DNA of 64,000 nt, from the NCBI GenBank assembly GCA_963798935.1, contig CAWCVG010000008.1:4752-68751 (forward strand), in the 5' to 3' direction. The position numbers and the translations under genes were made by a program. Positions within the stretch are counted from its first letter, which is position 1, and the number at the start of each line of letters is the position of its first letter. This document shows, one piece after another, positions 19,822 through 30,852 of the stretch. This stretch comes from an uncultured Actinomycetes bacterium (GTDB taxonomy: Bacteria; Actinomycetota; Thermoleophilia; Gaiellales; Gaiellaceae). Below the pieces are notes generated by a model, which was not told the origin of the DNA, searched no databases, and saw nothing but the letters and a program-made list of their open reading frames with translations.

Positions 19822-19837
19822 ACTTGACCGGTTCAGC
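19822..19837. promoter_or_regulatory. operator-like site ACTTGACCGGTTCAGC in the LacI / TPR-gene divergent intergenic region
   Basis: It matches the site at 9629-9644 at 14 of 16 positions. It lies 70 nt upstream of the LacI-family start on the minus strand. Confidence 0.4.
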
Positions 19838-19988
19838 GAGTGAACTGAAACGGGTTCCGCGGGCGAGCGCGCGTGACCCGTTAGTGTCTCGCCCGCGGTC
19901 GTCGCACCGAGCGGAGCGAAGGAACAGCCGTCGGCGCGGCGAAGGCGGCAGTTCCGGAGGAGGATCGCATCCCTAGGCGAGCTCTACG

Positions 19989-20813
19989 GTGACGGAAGGT
20001 CATACACGCTCTCGGCGACGCCTCCTGGCGCTCGGCGGGATGTGGCTGCTGCTCGGCGGCCTGCTGACGGCGCTTGGCCTCGTCGTCGTCGTCGTGGCGG
20101 TTTCCGCCCTCCTGTTGGTCGCGACCCTCGCGGTGATCGGGATTGGCCAGCTTCGCCGGCTCGAGCTGCGGAAGGGCGTGCGCACAGCGACCCAACGGAC
20201 CGCGTCGACGCTCCAGGTGGCGCGCGAGCGGGCGCCGAGACCGCGGGCTCCGCAGCTCCACACTCGCCAGCACGCCCGGAAGCTGCGTGCGCGGGCGAGG
20301 ACGGCTGCCGCTGCGACGCCACGCCGGACCGAAGATCTCGCGACCCGGGCGTTCGAGGGCTACGTCAAGACCATGTACCGGCTGAAGCTCCTGAGGCTCC
20401 ACTCGATCGACCCGAGCGAACGGGCGCAGCAGCTCAACGCGGTCGGCGCGCAGCTCCGGCGGGACGGCGAGCCCGAGCAGGCGGCCGAACGCCATCGGGC
20501 CGCCCTCGCGATCGTCCGCGACCTGGGAGACCCCCACGCCGAGGCGCTGACACTCAACAATCTCGGCCTCGCGCTCGCCCACGGCGGCGCCGAAGATGCC
20601 GCCCTTCAGCATCTCGAGGAAGCGCGGGACGTCCTGCGCGATCTGGGCGACGCGGAGTACGAGGCGCGCGTCATCGCCAACCTCGGCCTCGTCCACCGAA
20701 GGCAGGGACACGACGAGGAGGCCGCCAACCTGCTCCACGAGGCCCTCGGCAAGCTTCCGCCCGAGTCGCCGGCGTACCGTCAGGTCGAGGAAGAGCTGCT
20801 CCGCGCCAGCTGA
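19989..20813 (+). CDS. membrane-anchored TPR-repeat protein (hypothetical)
   Basis: Intact 274-aa ORF. It has two N-terminal hydrophobic helices (LLALGGMWLLLGGLLTALGLVVVVVAVSALLLVATLAVIGI), a basic linker, and C-terminal TPR-like repeats (EALTLNNLGLALAHGG..., EARVIANLGLVHRRQG...). Confidence 0.6.
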   Translation: MTEGHTRSRRRLLALGGMWLLLGGLLTALGLVVVVVAVSALLLVATLAVIGIGQLRRLELRKGVRTATQRTASTLQVARERAPRPRAPQLHTRQHARKLRARARTAAAATPRRTEDLATRAFEGYVKTMYRLKLLRLHSIDPSERAQQLNAVGAQLRRDGEPEQAAERHRAALAIVRDLGDPHAEALTLNNLGLALAHGGAEDAALQHLEEARDVLRDLGDAEYEARVIANLGLVHRRQGHDEEAANLLHEALGKLPPESPAYRQVEEELLRAS

Positions 20814-20822
20814 TCAGAACAC

Positions 20823-20852
20823 AACGCGCCGATGGCGGCCCACCGGCGCGTT
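20823..20852 (+). terminator. stem-loop after the TPR gene (9-bp perfect stem AACGCGCCG/CGGCGCGTT, 12-nt loop), with no U-tract
   Basis: The inverted repeat spans 20823-20831 and 20844-20852, 10 nt after the TGA at 20811-20813. It lies in a convergent intergenic region. Confidence 0.4.
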
Positions 20853-20978
20853 GAACTGGGAGGCTTCACTCCCGGACCGCCCGTTGACGTTGCGGGCGGG
20901 CCTGATGACGCGATTTTCCCGCCGCTCGATTAAAGAACGATCAAAGGAACATGAGAGTTTTCGTCGAGCGGACGAGCG

Positions 20979-21962
20979 CTACGCGCCCGGGGTGTAGCCG
21001 GACCTGTACTCGACGTTCTCCTTGCGGGCGATCTCGACGAGGTACTTCGAGGCCGCCTCGCTCTTCCTCCTCTGCAGCAGCTCTTGACGGATCTGCTCCT
21101 TGACGTCGGCGTAGGCAAACGTCTTCCCCCGCCGTACCGGCCCAAGCGCCTCGATGACGTGCCAGCCGAATGTCGTCCGGACGGGCCCGACGATCCTGCC
21201 CCTCGGAGCCGAGAAGACGACGTTCTCGAACGCGGCGCTCGTGTCGCCCTTCGTGATCTCGAGCCGGCCGCCGGAGGTCCCGGCCCGTGGATCCCGCGAA
21301 TACCGACGGGCGAGCTGGGCGAAGCTCGCGCCCGACCGAAGCTGGTTGACGAGCCGCTGAGCGAGCGCCCGCTGCTCCGTGCGTACGAGAATCTGGCGAA
21401 TCTCGCGCTTGGCCGGCGTCGCGTAGCGCCGCTTGTTCTTGTCGTAGTACTTACGCACCTCGGCATCGGTCACCTTGACGTCGGTGCCGACGTCCTTGAA
21501 CAGCTCCTGCTGGACGAGGGAGGTTTCGAGGTCGGCGCGGGCCTGCTCCTCGCTGACGCCCTGCTTCGCGAGGGCCTCGCGGTAGCGCTTCTCGCTTCCC
21601 CCGTAGTACTGCTCCACCAGCCGTTTTTGCCTCTGCTCGAGCTCCTTGTCCGAAATCTCGATGTCCTGATCCTCGGCTGCCGCGACCAGCTGCGCGCGGC
21701 TGACGAGGTGCTTGACGAGCTGGTCGCGGAACTGCCGGTACTGAGGCGTTCCCTCCTTCGGGAACGGGCGGCCGCTCTCCTTGGCGGTCGCGCGGGCCTG
21801 CGCGAGCAGCCGGTCGAGCTCCTCCTTCGCGACCGTCTCGTCGCCGACAACCGCTACGGCGTCCTTGGGCACGCCGTCGGAGCCGCCGCAGCCGATCGCC
21901 CCGAGAAGGGCGGTCGCTGCGAGACAGGGAATGAAGATGTGCCGCACGCTCTTGCTCACCAC
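20979..21962 (-). CDS. PrsA/SurA-like peptidyl-prolyl isomerase lipoprotein (parvulin domain)
   Basis: Intact 327-aa ORF. It has a lipobox LLGAIGC, a SurA-N-like helical region, and a parvulin region ...REIRQILVRTEQRALAQRLVNQLRSGASFAQLARRYSRDPRAGTSGGRLEITKGDTSAAFENVVFSAP...TTFGWHVIE. Confidence 0.85.
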   Translation of the reverse strand: MVSKSVRHIFIPCLAATALLGAIGCGGSDGVPKDAVAVVGDETVAKEELDRLLAQARATAKESGRPFPKEGTPQYRQFRDQLVKHLVSRAQLVAAAEDQDIEISDKELEQRQKRLVEQYYGGSEKRYREALAKQGVSEEQARADLETSLVQQELFKDVGTDVKVTDAEVRKYYDKNKRRYATPAKREIRQILVRTEQRALAQRLVNQLRSGASFAQLARRYSRDPRAGTSGGRLEITKGDTSAAFENVVFSAPRGRIVGPVRTTFGWHVIEALGPVRRGKTFAYADVKEQIRQELLQRRKSEAASKYLVEIARKENVEYRSGYTPGA

Positions 21963-22083
21963 TCGCTCAAAGTATTTGCGGGGACGGCAAAGCCACGATA
22001 AGCCGAAGGTGAGCGTTTTCTTATGAGCCGACCGCCGTGCTCGGCAGGTTTCTGAGCCTGAAACGCGAAAGGCGCAGGCGGCC

Positions 22084-25000
22084 TCAGCCGGCGCTGACGA
22101 ATTGGACGACGAGCTGCGGCGGACTCTGGCCCTTCTCTCTGCTGTGGAACTGCTGCTCTGCGTCCGCGCTCTCGACGGCGTCGCGGATCAGGAAGCCGTG
22201 GTTGGCGCCGTCGCCGACCGTCGCCCGGACATGCGAGGTGACGTCCCATTCGCGGTAGCCGGCGCCGGAGGCGGTCGTCGCCGCCGTGCCAATCGTCGTG
22301 GGCTGGTTGCTCCAGGAGACGCTGTTCTCGGCCCACGCGGCCCCGATCCGCAGCGCTTGCAGCGTGCGGGCCGGCTTCACCGAAGCCGCGTACAGCCTGA
22401 GCACGGCCCTCTCGATCGCGCAGCCCTGCGGCACGACGGGCAGGGGGAAGCGGACGAGTGCGCGGAAGTTGTCACGCGGCCCCTTGGACTGAACCTTCAA
22501 GATCGAGTCGGTCCCCTTGTTCGACGAGGGGCTGTTCTCGTCGATCCACGCATCCGCGGCCGCGGCCAGCGTCGCCGGCGTGGTGCACGTGGGCGTCGGC
22601 GGCGCGATCGTCCAGGTGTGGGTAGCTGGGGAGGCGTCGAGGTTGCCCACCGCGTCCCTGGCGCGGACGCGGAACTGGTGCGAGCCCGTACCGAGTCCCG
22701 TGTACTGGCGTGGAGTCGCGCAGGCCGCGAACGCAGCGCCGTCGAGGGAGCACTCGAACGTCGAGCCGGACTCGCTCGAGGAGAAGCCGAACGACGCGTT
22801 CGTGGAGGTCGTCGTCGCCGGCGGCGCCGGGCCGATCGTCGTGTCGGGCGCGACCGTGTCGATCGTCCAGCCGGCCTGCGCCGGTGTGCCGTCGACGTTC
22901 CCCGCGGCGTCCCTCGCCCTGACCTGGAACTGGTGTGCGCCGTGCGCCAGGCCCGTGTACTGCCGTGGGGATGAGCAGGCGACGAAGGCGGCACCGTCCA
23001 GGGAGCACTCGAAGGTCGAGCCGGATTCGCCGGCGGTGAAGCTGAAGCTCGCGCTCGTGCTCGCCGTGGTGGCAGGCGGGGCGGGGCCCGAGATGGTCGT
23101 CTCCGGCGCGAGCGTGTCGATCCTCCAGCTCACGGTTGCAGGCGTTGCGTCGACGTTGCCGGCCGCGTCGGTCGCGCGGACGCGGAACTGGTGGGTTCCG
23201 TCCGTCAGGCCGGCGTACGTTTGCGGCGAGGAGCAACTCGCGAATGCGCCGCCGTCGAGCGAGCACTGGAACGTCGAGCCGGACTCGCTCGCCGAGAAGC
23301 CGAAGCTCGCGCTCGTGCTCGCCGTGAGCGCAGGCGGGCCGGAGTCGATCGTCGTTTCGGGCGCGAGTGGGTCGATCGTCCAGGTGTAAGCGGCCGGCGT
23401 CTCGTCGACGTTTCCTGCAGCGTCCGTCGCCTGGACGCGGAACTGGTGGCTCCCGCCCGCGAGGCCGGCGTACTCACGCGGGGACTGACAGACGGCGAAG
23501 GCGGCTCCGTCGAGCGAGCACGCGAATGTCGACCCGGTCTTGCTCGACGAGAACGAGAAGCTCGCGCTCGTGCTCGAGGTCAGGGCGGGCGGGACGGAGT
23601 CGATCGTCGTCTCGGGTGCGGTCGTGTCGGGAGGCGGCTCGATCGTCCACGCGTGAGTCGCCGGCGACCCGTCCGTGTTCCCCGCCGGATCGGTGGCGCG
23701 CACACGGAACACGTGCGGGCCGACGGCCAGCGCGGTGTGCTCGCGCGGCGACGTGCAGGCAGTGAACGCACCGTCGTCGAGCGAGCACTCGAATGTCGAG
23801 CCGGGCTCGCTCGAGAAGTGGAAGCTCGCGCTCGTGGCGGTGGTGGTCGCCGCCGGCCCGGAGTCGATCGTCGTCTCGGGCGAAGTCCGGTCGATCGTCC
23901 ATGTATGCGAGGCGGGACTGGCGTCGGCGTTGTCGGCGAGATCGACGGCGCGCACCTCGAACGCGTGCGCGCCCTCGGGCAGGCCGAGGTAGAGCTTCGG
24001 GCTCGAGCAGTCAGCCCACTCGCCGGCGTCGAGGCGGCACTCGAACCGGAGCTGTGCGTCTCCGGTCCGGTCGTCGCTCCCGACGAACGCAAATGTCGCC
24101 GTGTCGTTGTTGTTCGGGTCGGCGGGGCCCTCCGTGATCGAGGTGTCGGGCGGGGCCGTGTCGATCACCCAGAGACGGCTTGCCGGCGTCGGATCGCTGT
24201 TTCCGGCAGCGTCGGTCGCGCGAACGCGGAACTCGTGCGCGCCCGCGACCAGAGGGCCGTACTCGCGCGGTGAGGTGCAGGGCGCGAAGGCCGCCGCGTC
24301 GAGTGAGCACTCGAGCCGCGACCCGGGCTCGCTCCCCGAGAACGCGAAGCTCGCGCTCTGGCTGCTGGTCGGGTCGGCCGGACCGGAGTCGATCGCCGTC
24401 TCTGGCGGCGTAACGTCGATCGTCCACGCGTACGACGCGGGGCTCGGGTCGCTGTTTCCGGCCGCGTCGGTTGCGCGAACCTGGAAGGTGTGGGTGCCGG
24501 GCTCGAGGTCCGCGTAATCCGCGGGCGAGCCGCAGGCCGTGGGCGTCCCGCCGTCGAGGGAGCACGCGAGCCCCGAGCCGGACTCGTCGGACGAGAACTC
24601 GAAGATCGCCGCTGTGCTGTTGGTCGGATCCGACGGCCCCGTCGAGATCGTCGTCTGCGGCGCGGTCTGATCGACCGTCCAGGCGTGGCCTGCGGGCGTC
24701 GCATCGGTGTTCCCGACCGCATCGACGGCGCGCACTGCAAACGTGTGGCGCCCTTCGCCGAGCCCGTCGTAGCTCGAGGGGCTCGTACACGCCGCGAACG
24801 GTGCTCCGTCCAGCGAGCAGACGAACGTCGCCTGCTCGCCGGCGGAGAATGCAAACGTCGCGGATGAGCTGTTGGTCGGGTCCGCGGGGCGGGCGTCGAT
24901 GGAGGTCTCCGGCGGGGTCAGGTCGACCGTCCACACCGCACTCGCAGGCGTCTCGTCGACGTTGCCCGCCCGATCGATCGCGCGCACGTCGAATGTGTGC

Positions 25001-28000
25001 GGCCCCTCGCCGAGATCCAGGTAGCTCTGCGGGCTCGCGCACGCGGCGAACGGTTCGCCGTCCAGCCTGCACTCGAAGCTCGACTCTTCCACGGCCGAGA
25101 AGGCGAAGCTTGCGGAGGTCGAGCTCGTGCTGTCCGGGGGCGCGTCGTCGATCGACGTCTCGGGTGCCGTCAGGTCGATCGTCCAGCGGTGAACGGCCGG
25201 TTCCGGGTCGACGTTTCCGGCCCGATCCACCGCGCGCACCGCCACGCTGTGGGAACCCTCGGCAAGCCCCTCGAAGCGCGCCGGGCTCGAACAGGACCCG
25301 AAGGGACCATCGTCGAGCGCGCAGGCGAAGGCGCTCTCCTCGTCGGCCGAGAAGACGAACTCGGCTGTGGAGCTGTTCGACGGATCCGCCGGACCCGAGT
25401 CGATCGTCGTCTCGGGCGGCGTCAGGTCGACCGTCCACTCCACGCGCGCGGCCACCGGCTCCAGGTTCCCGGCCGTGTCGGTCGCCCGCACCTCGAAGCT
25501 GTGCCGCTCCTTCCGCCAGCCCCTCGTAGCTGGCCGGGCTCGAGCACGCGGCGAACACAGCGCTGTCGAGTCGGCACTCGAAGCTCGCCGCCTCGTCCGC
25601 CGAGAAGACGAAGCTCGCCGATGCGCTCGCCGTCGGGTCGGCGGGCTGCTCGTCGATCGAGCTCTCCGGCGCCGTCAGATCGACCGTCCAGACCGCACGG
25701 GCCGGCGTCTCGTCGACGTTTCCAGCCGGGTCGATCGCCCGTACGTCGAACGTATGCGGACCCTCCCCCAGCGTCTCGTAGCCCTGCGGGCTGGAGCAGG
25801 CGGTGAACGCTGCGCCGTCCAACCGGCACTCGAAGCGGGCCTCTTCTCCGGCCGAGAACTCGAAGGTCGCGGACGTCGCGTTCGTGGGATCGTCGGGGCG
25901 GGCGCCGATCGACGTGTCGGGGGCGGTCAGATCGATCGTCCAGCCGTACACCGCCGGCTGCGCGGTCGGCGTTCCCGGCCCGGTCGATCGCCCGCACCTC
26001 GACCACGTGGCCACCCTCCGCAAGACTCTCGTAGGTCTGCGCCGCCGAGCAGGGGACGAATGGCGCGGCGTCGAGCGAGCACTCGAACGTCGCCTCCTCG
26101 TCCGCCGAGAAGGCGAACTCCGCGGATGAGCTGTTCGACGGGTCCGCCGGAGCCGAGTCGATCGCGATCACGGGTGGAGTCACGTCGATCGTCCAAAGCG
26201 TGAGCGCCGGGGCTCGTCTCCACGTTCCCAGCCGAGTCGATCCCGCGCACCTCGAAGCTATGCCGCCCCTCGTCGAGTAGGTCGTAGGCCGCCGGGCTCT
26301 CGCAGGCGCTGAACTCACCATCGTCGAGCCGGCACTCGAAGCTCGCCGCCTCATCCGCCGAGAAGGCGAAGCTCGCCGCCGTCTTGTTCGTCGGGTCGGC
26401 CGGGCCCGAGTCGATCGCCGTCGCCGGCTCGGTCAGGTCGACCGTCCACGAGTACCGGGCCGGGACCGGGTCGACGTTGCCGGCGGCGTCGATCGCGCGC
26501 ACGTCGAAGACGTGCCCGCCCTCGGCCAGATCCGGTGAGGCTCTCCGGGCTCGCGCACAGCGAGAAGGCTGCATCGTCGAGCCGGCACTCGAAGCTCACG
26601 CCGTCGGCGGCGGAGAACGCGAGGGTCGCCGAGGTGGCGTTGGTCGGGTCGGCCGGTCCCGAGTCGACTGCCGTCTCGGGCGGAGTGAGGTCGATCGTCC
26701 AGCTGTAGGCAGCCGGCTCCGGGTCGACGTTCCCGGCACGGTCGATCGCCCGCACCTCGACGACGTGGCCACCCTCCCCCAGGCTCTCGTAGCTCTGCGC
26801 CGACGAGCAGACGCCGAAGGGCGCGCCGTCGAGCGAGCACTCGAACGTCGCCTCCTCGTCCGCCGAGAACGCGAAGCTGGCCGACGAGCTGTTGGAGGGA
26901 TCCGACGGGCCCGAGTCGACCACGTCGTCCGGCGCCGTCAGGTCGACCGTCCACGCTCGGCTTACGGCCGGGCCGACGTTGCCGGCCCGATCGATCGCCC
27001 GCACCTCGAGGGCGTGGCGGCCGGCGGCGAGTAGGTCGTACCTGATCGGGCTGCCACAGTCGCCCCAGCCGGACGCCGGGTCGTCGAGCCGGCACTGGAA
27101 GCGAAGCTGCGAGAGCTCGTCCAAATTGTCGGAGCCGGCGAAGCTGAGCTCGGCCGACGTCTCGTTCGTCGGATCGACCGGTCCGGAGAGGATCGCGGCC
27201 GCCGGTGCCGTCAAGTCGACCGTCCATTCGTAGGTCGCCGGCGTCGGATCGACGGCGCGGACCTTTCTCGTCGCCCGCACTTCGAGCTCGTGCCCGCCTT
27301 CTGCCAGCCCGTCGAGCGCCGTGCGGCGACGCGCACGCCGCGAACGCCGCACCGTCGAGCGAGCACTCGAAGGCGCGTCGGCGCGGTCGGAGGAGAACAT
27401 GAAGGTCGCCGCGGTCGCGTTCGTCGGCGAGGCCGGCCCGGCGTCGATCGTCGTCTCTGGCGTCGAGTCGTCGAAGACGAGCACGAGCTGCGGGGGATCG
27501 TCCGTCACCTTGTCCCGGCTGTTGATCGTCTGCTCGTCGCCGACGCCGTTCTCGTCCGCGTCGCGGATCAGGAAGCCGTGGTTGGCCGACGTGTACATGT
27601 CCAGGACCTGGTCGACGACAGTCCACTCGAGCGGCCCCTGGGCCGACGGGGATCCCAGCTGCGGGGCCGATCACGGCTGGCTGGTTGCTCCAGGTCACGC
27701 CGGCTTCGCTCCACGCAGAGCCGACCTGCAGCACCTCGAGCGTGCGGCCATCCTTCGCCGCTGTCGCCTCCACGCGAAGGACGGCCGAGGCGATCGCTCG
27801 TGCAGCCGGCGGGCAGGGTCGGGAGCGGGAAGCGGACGAGCGCCCGCGCGTTGGTGCCGATCTGCGACTTCACCTTCAGCGTCGAGTCGTTGCCGAAGTT
27901 GTTCGAGGGGCTGCTCTCGCTGACCCAGCTGTCGCGGTCGGCGGAGAACGCCTGCGGAATCTTCGGGCACGCGCCCGGCGCGGGCGGTGCGTCGGGGTCG

Positions 28001-30852
28001 TCGAAGACGAGGACGAGCTCGGGCGGGCGATCGGCGCCCTTCTCGCGGCTGTGGAACGACTGCGCGCCGGTCTCGTTCTCCGCGCGGTCCCGGATCAGGA
28101 AGCCGTGGTCGCCCGTGCACGTACATGTCGCGCGTCTGCGCGAGAACGTCCCACTCGAGCACGCCGAGGCCCGACTGGGTCGTGGCGGCCGGTCCGGCCG
28201 TCGCGGGCTGGGTCGCCCAGGTGACGCCGAGCTCGGTCCAGTCGGACGAGCACGCGCACGCGCCTCGAGCGTGCGGCCCTCCGTCGCCGCGGAGGCGTGA
28301 AGGCGCAGCGTCGCGGCCACGAGCTTGCAACCCGGCGGCACGGGCGGGAGGGTGAAGTGGACGAGCGCGCGCTCGTTCGTACCGGCCTGCGACTTGACCT
28401 TGAGGATCGAGTCGCTGCCGAAGTTGCGCGTTCGGCGCGCCCTGCGACACCCAGCTGTCGAAGTCGGCGGGCACCGGCCGCTCGGTCAGCCCGGCGCATT
28501 GCTGCTGCCGCCGCCGCCCGGGCGTCAGCTCGGACTCGTAGGCGCCGGCGTCGAAGCGCGTCGAACTGCGGCCGGTCGACGCCGCGCTGATCGACCGGCG
28601 GGCACGGGTCGAGCTCGGTGCAGACGGCCCTCTCCTGGGCCGGACTTCCGGCAAGCAGGGCGTGCGTCTGGGTCGGACCGCCGTTGTCGGCGAGCGGGCC
28701 GAGGCGGGGATCGGTGCCCGGCTGGTCGCTCAGCTCGCTGAGCTGGCAGGTGTTGGCGTTCTCCACGTTGCCGCCGAGCGAGGTGATCGTGCCGGCGCAG
28801 TTGCCGCCGGCCGGGTTGTTCGCGACGATCGTGTTGGCGAGGAACACAGTCCCGTCGCCGACGAGATCGCCGCCGCCGTTGTTGATGCCGCCGCCGGACG
28901 CGGCGAGGTTGTTCGTGACGGTGCTGTTCCGCATCGTCAGCCGCGAGGAGATGAGCACCCCGCCGCCGAACTGGCTCGCCCGGTTGCCCGAGACCGTCGT
29001 GTTCTCGAGCGTCGCCTCACCGTCGCCGTCGCGTGAGGACGCCGCCGCCGCTCTCGGCCGAGTTGCCCGACAGCGTGCTGCGGGTGACCTCGAGCGGCGC
29101 GTCGCCCACGTGGTGGATCGCGCCGCCGACAGCGGCCGTGTTGCCGCTGATCGACGTCGTCGTGATCGCGAGCGGGCCGTCGCCGCGGCTGTCGATGCCG
29201 CCCCCGTCGCCGCTTCGACTTGTTGTCGCGGATGCGCGAGTCCTCGACCGCGGCCGACTCGCCGACTGCCATCGCCTTGTCGCCGTGCGTACGAGATGCC
29301 GCCGCCGCCTTCCAGCGCAGAGTCGGAGACGTTGCCGACGACGTCGATATTGAGCATGCGGACGGCGCCGGACTGGACGAGGATGCCGCCGCCCTCCTCC
29401 TCCGCGTGGTTCGCGGAGAAGCGCGTGCCGGTGATCGTCACCTGGCCGCCGCCCTCGTTGCTGAACCCGCCGCCGCCTCGAGCCTTGTTCTCCGTGAACG
29501 AGCCGCCGGTGATCACGACCTCGCCGCCGGAGTTGGAGTGCATGCCGCCGCCTTCGCCGCTGGCAAGCGAGGCGGTGACGAGCGCGGGGTTCTTCGTGAA
29601 CGTCGAGTTCTCGACCGTGACGAGGCCGGTCCCCTCGTTGGCGAACCCGCCGCCGGTGACGGCGGAGTTCTCGCTGAACGTGCTGTTCAGGATCGTGACG
29701 CCGCCCTGGTTGCCGTTGAGCATGGCGCCGCCGAGGCCCTCGGCGCTGTTCTTCGAGAAGGTGCTGTCGAGCACGGCGATGGTGCCGCCGGTGGCCGCGA
29801 TGGCGCCGCCGTCCTTCGCCGCGTTCTCCGAGAACGTGCTGTCGGTGAGGTGACGCTGCCGGTCCCGTTGAAGATCGCGCCGCCGTCGGAGCTCGAAACG
29901 TTCTTGGAGAAGCTCGACCCGTCGACGGCCAGGATGCCACCGCCGTCGTTCGAGATGCCGGCGCCGTTGCGCCCGCCGCCGGCGTGATTGTCCGAGATCT
30001 GCGAGTCGGTGACGGTGATCGACCCGATGGCGTCGAGCTCGGCGTTGTTGGCGATCGCGCCGGCTCCCCTGAGGGTCTCGTCGAGCCCGACCACGCTCGC
30101 CGAGTTCCCCGAGATGCTGCTGTTCGCGACGCGTCAGCGTGCCGTCGCGGTTGTTGTTGATCGCGCTCCCGCTCTCGCCGGCGTAGTTCCCCGAGACCGT
30201 CGACTCGGAGACGGCCACCGCCCCGCCGATGTGGTTGTCGATCGCGCCACCGGTCTTGCCGGCGACGTTGCCCGTGAGCACGGCGGCGGTGACGATGACG
30301 GCCGCCGTGCTGTTGTTCATGATCGCTCCGCCGTACTCCGCGGCGTAGCCGTCGCTGACGGTGAGGTCGGAGAAGCTCACATCGCCGCCGTCGACGAGGA
30401 CTTCGAAGATGCGGTCGAGCCCCCGCACGTCCGGGGGAGCGCCGGCCGGCGGCGATGCCGCCGTCGACGAACGTCGAGCCGGCTCCGGCCCCGCGGATCG
30501 CGAGGCTATCGGTGATGTCGAGGTCGCCGGTCGTGATGTCGTTCTGGTTCAGGGGCGGAATCGCGAGCGCGTACGTGCCGGCCGGGACCACGATCACGTC
30601 GGCCCCGGGAATCGCGTTCGCCTCCTGGATCGCGGCCCGCAGCGTGCACACCCCGGCGGTCGTCCGGCACAGCCCGTCGCCGACGCCGGCGTCGAGCGCG
30701 TCGGCCGTGCTGTTTACCTGGAAGTTGAGGCCGGCGGCGCCTGCCACCCCCGCCGCCTTGAGGCCGAGGAGGGCGGCGAGGGCGAGGATGCAGGCGACCG
30801 CCACGAGCCTGGGACCACGTGAAGCGATCCACCGCAGGAGGCGTGTCCGCAT
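22084..30852 (-). CDS. giant modular secreted protein, gene B (about 2,900 codons), interrupted by at least about 17 single-nt frame breaks upstream of 25491 as assembled
   Basis: ATG 30852 opens MRTRLLRWIASRGPRLVAVACILALAALLGLKAAGVAGAAG (signal peptide). Homologous protein sequence can be followed through ORFs 29017..30852, 28095..30428, 29687..30094, 28937..29272, 27695..28654, 27568..28341, 26433..27773, 26351..27598, 25927..26574, 25422..26354, 24011..26023 and the intact 22084..25491. The gene ends ...PPQLVVQFVSAG*. No stop-plus-restart with a signal peptide occurs in between. Confidence 0.8.
22087..22587 (-). other. gene B C-terminal DNRLRE-like module
   Basis: Sequence is CTTPATLAAAADAWIDENSPSSNKGTDSILKVQSKGPRDNFRALVRFPLPVVPQGCAIERAVLRLYAAS...AAWAENSVSWSNQPTT...GYREWDVTSHV...NHGFLIRDAVESADAEQQFHSREKGQSPPQLVVQFVSAG*. 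Confidence 0.7.
22588..27466 (-). repeat. gene B: 19 tandem copies of an approximately 84-aa (252-270 nt) two-cysteine Ig-like repeat
   Basis: Consensus is T(V/I)D.T.P.T.I.SGP.DPTN..SA.F.FS..E....F.C.LDG..F..C.SP..Y..L..G.H.F.VRA.D.AGN.D.TPA...W. I counted 8 repeats in 25492-27466 and 11 in the intact ORF 22084..25491. The plus-strand core CACTCGAA recurs at 22751, 23006, 23264, 23519 and 23786 (some copies with one mismatch), giving a period of 255-267 nt. Confidence 0.85.
27467..28500 (-). other. gene B: two tandem internal DNRLRE-like modules
   Basis: Module 1 (about 27997-28500): DFDSWVSQGAPNA/NFGSDSILKVKSQAGTNERALVHFTLPPVPPGCKLVAATLRLHA...GVTWATQPAT...GDHGFLIRDRAENETGAQSFHSREKGADRPPELVLVFDD. 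Module 2 (about 27467-27969): CPKIPQAFSADRDSWVSESSPSNNFGNDSTLKVKSQIGTNARALVRFPLPTLPAGC...GVTWSNQPAV...NHGFLIRDADENGVGDEQTINSRDKVTDDPPQLVLVFDD. Both contain frame breaks. Confidence 0.65.
28560..28850 (-). other. gene B choice-of-anchor-Q-like region
   Basis: Sequence is ANTIVANNPAGGNCAGTITSLGGNVENANTCQLSELSDQPGTDPRLGPLADNGGPTQTHALLAGSPAQE...DQRGVDRPQ. Confidence 0.6.
28851..30447 (-). repeat. gene B Pmp-like beta-helix repeats (alternating FSxN and GGAI/GGG motifs)
   Basis: Example stretch: STFSENAAKDGGAIAATGGTIAVLDSTFSKNSAEGLGGAMLNGNQGGVTILNSTFSENSAVTGGGFANEGTGLVTVENSTFTKN...GGGMHSNSGGEVVITGGSFTENKARGGGGFSNEGGGQVTITGTRFSANHAEEEGGGILV. Several frame breaks occur inside. Confidence 0.7.
30448..30852 (-). 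other. gene B signal peptide plus CSLREA-type N-terminal domain
   Basis: Sequence is FQVNSTADALDAGVGDGLCRTTAGVCTLRAAIQEANAIPGADVIVVPAGTYALAIPPLNQNDITTGDLDITDSLAIRGAGAGSTFVDGG. The C(T/S)LR(A/E)AIxEAN motif and layout match the CSLREA N-terminal family as remembered. Confidence 0.7.
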
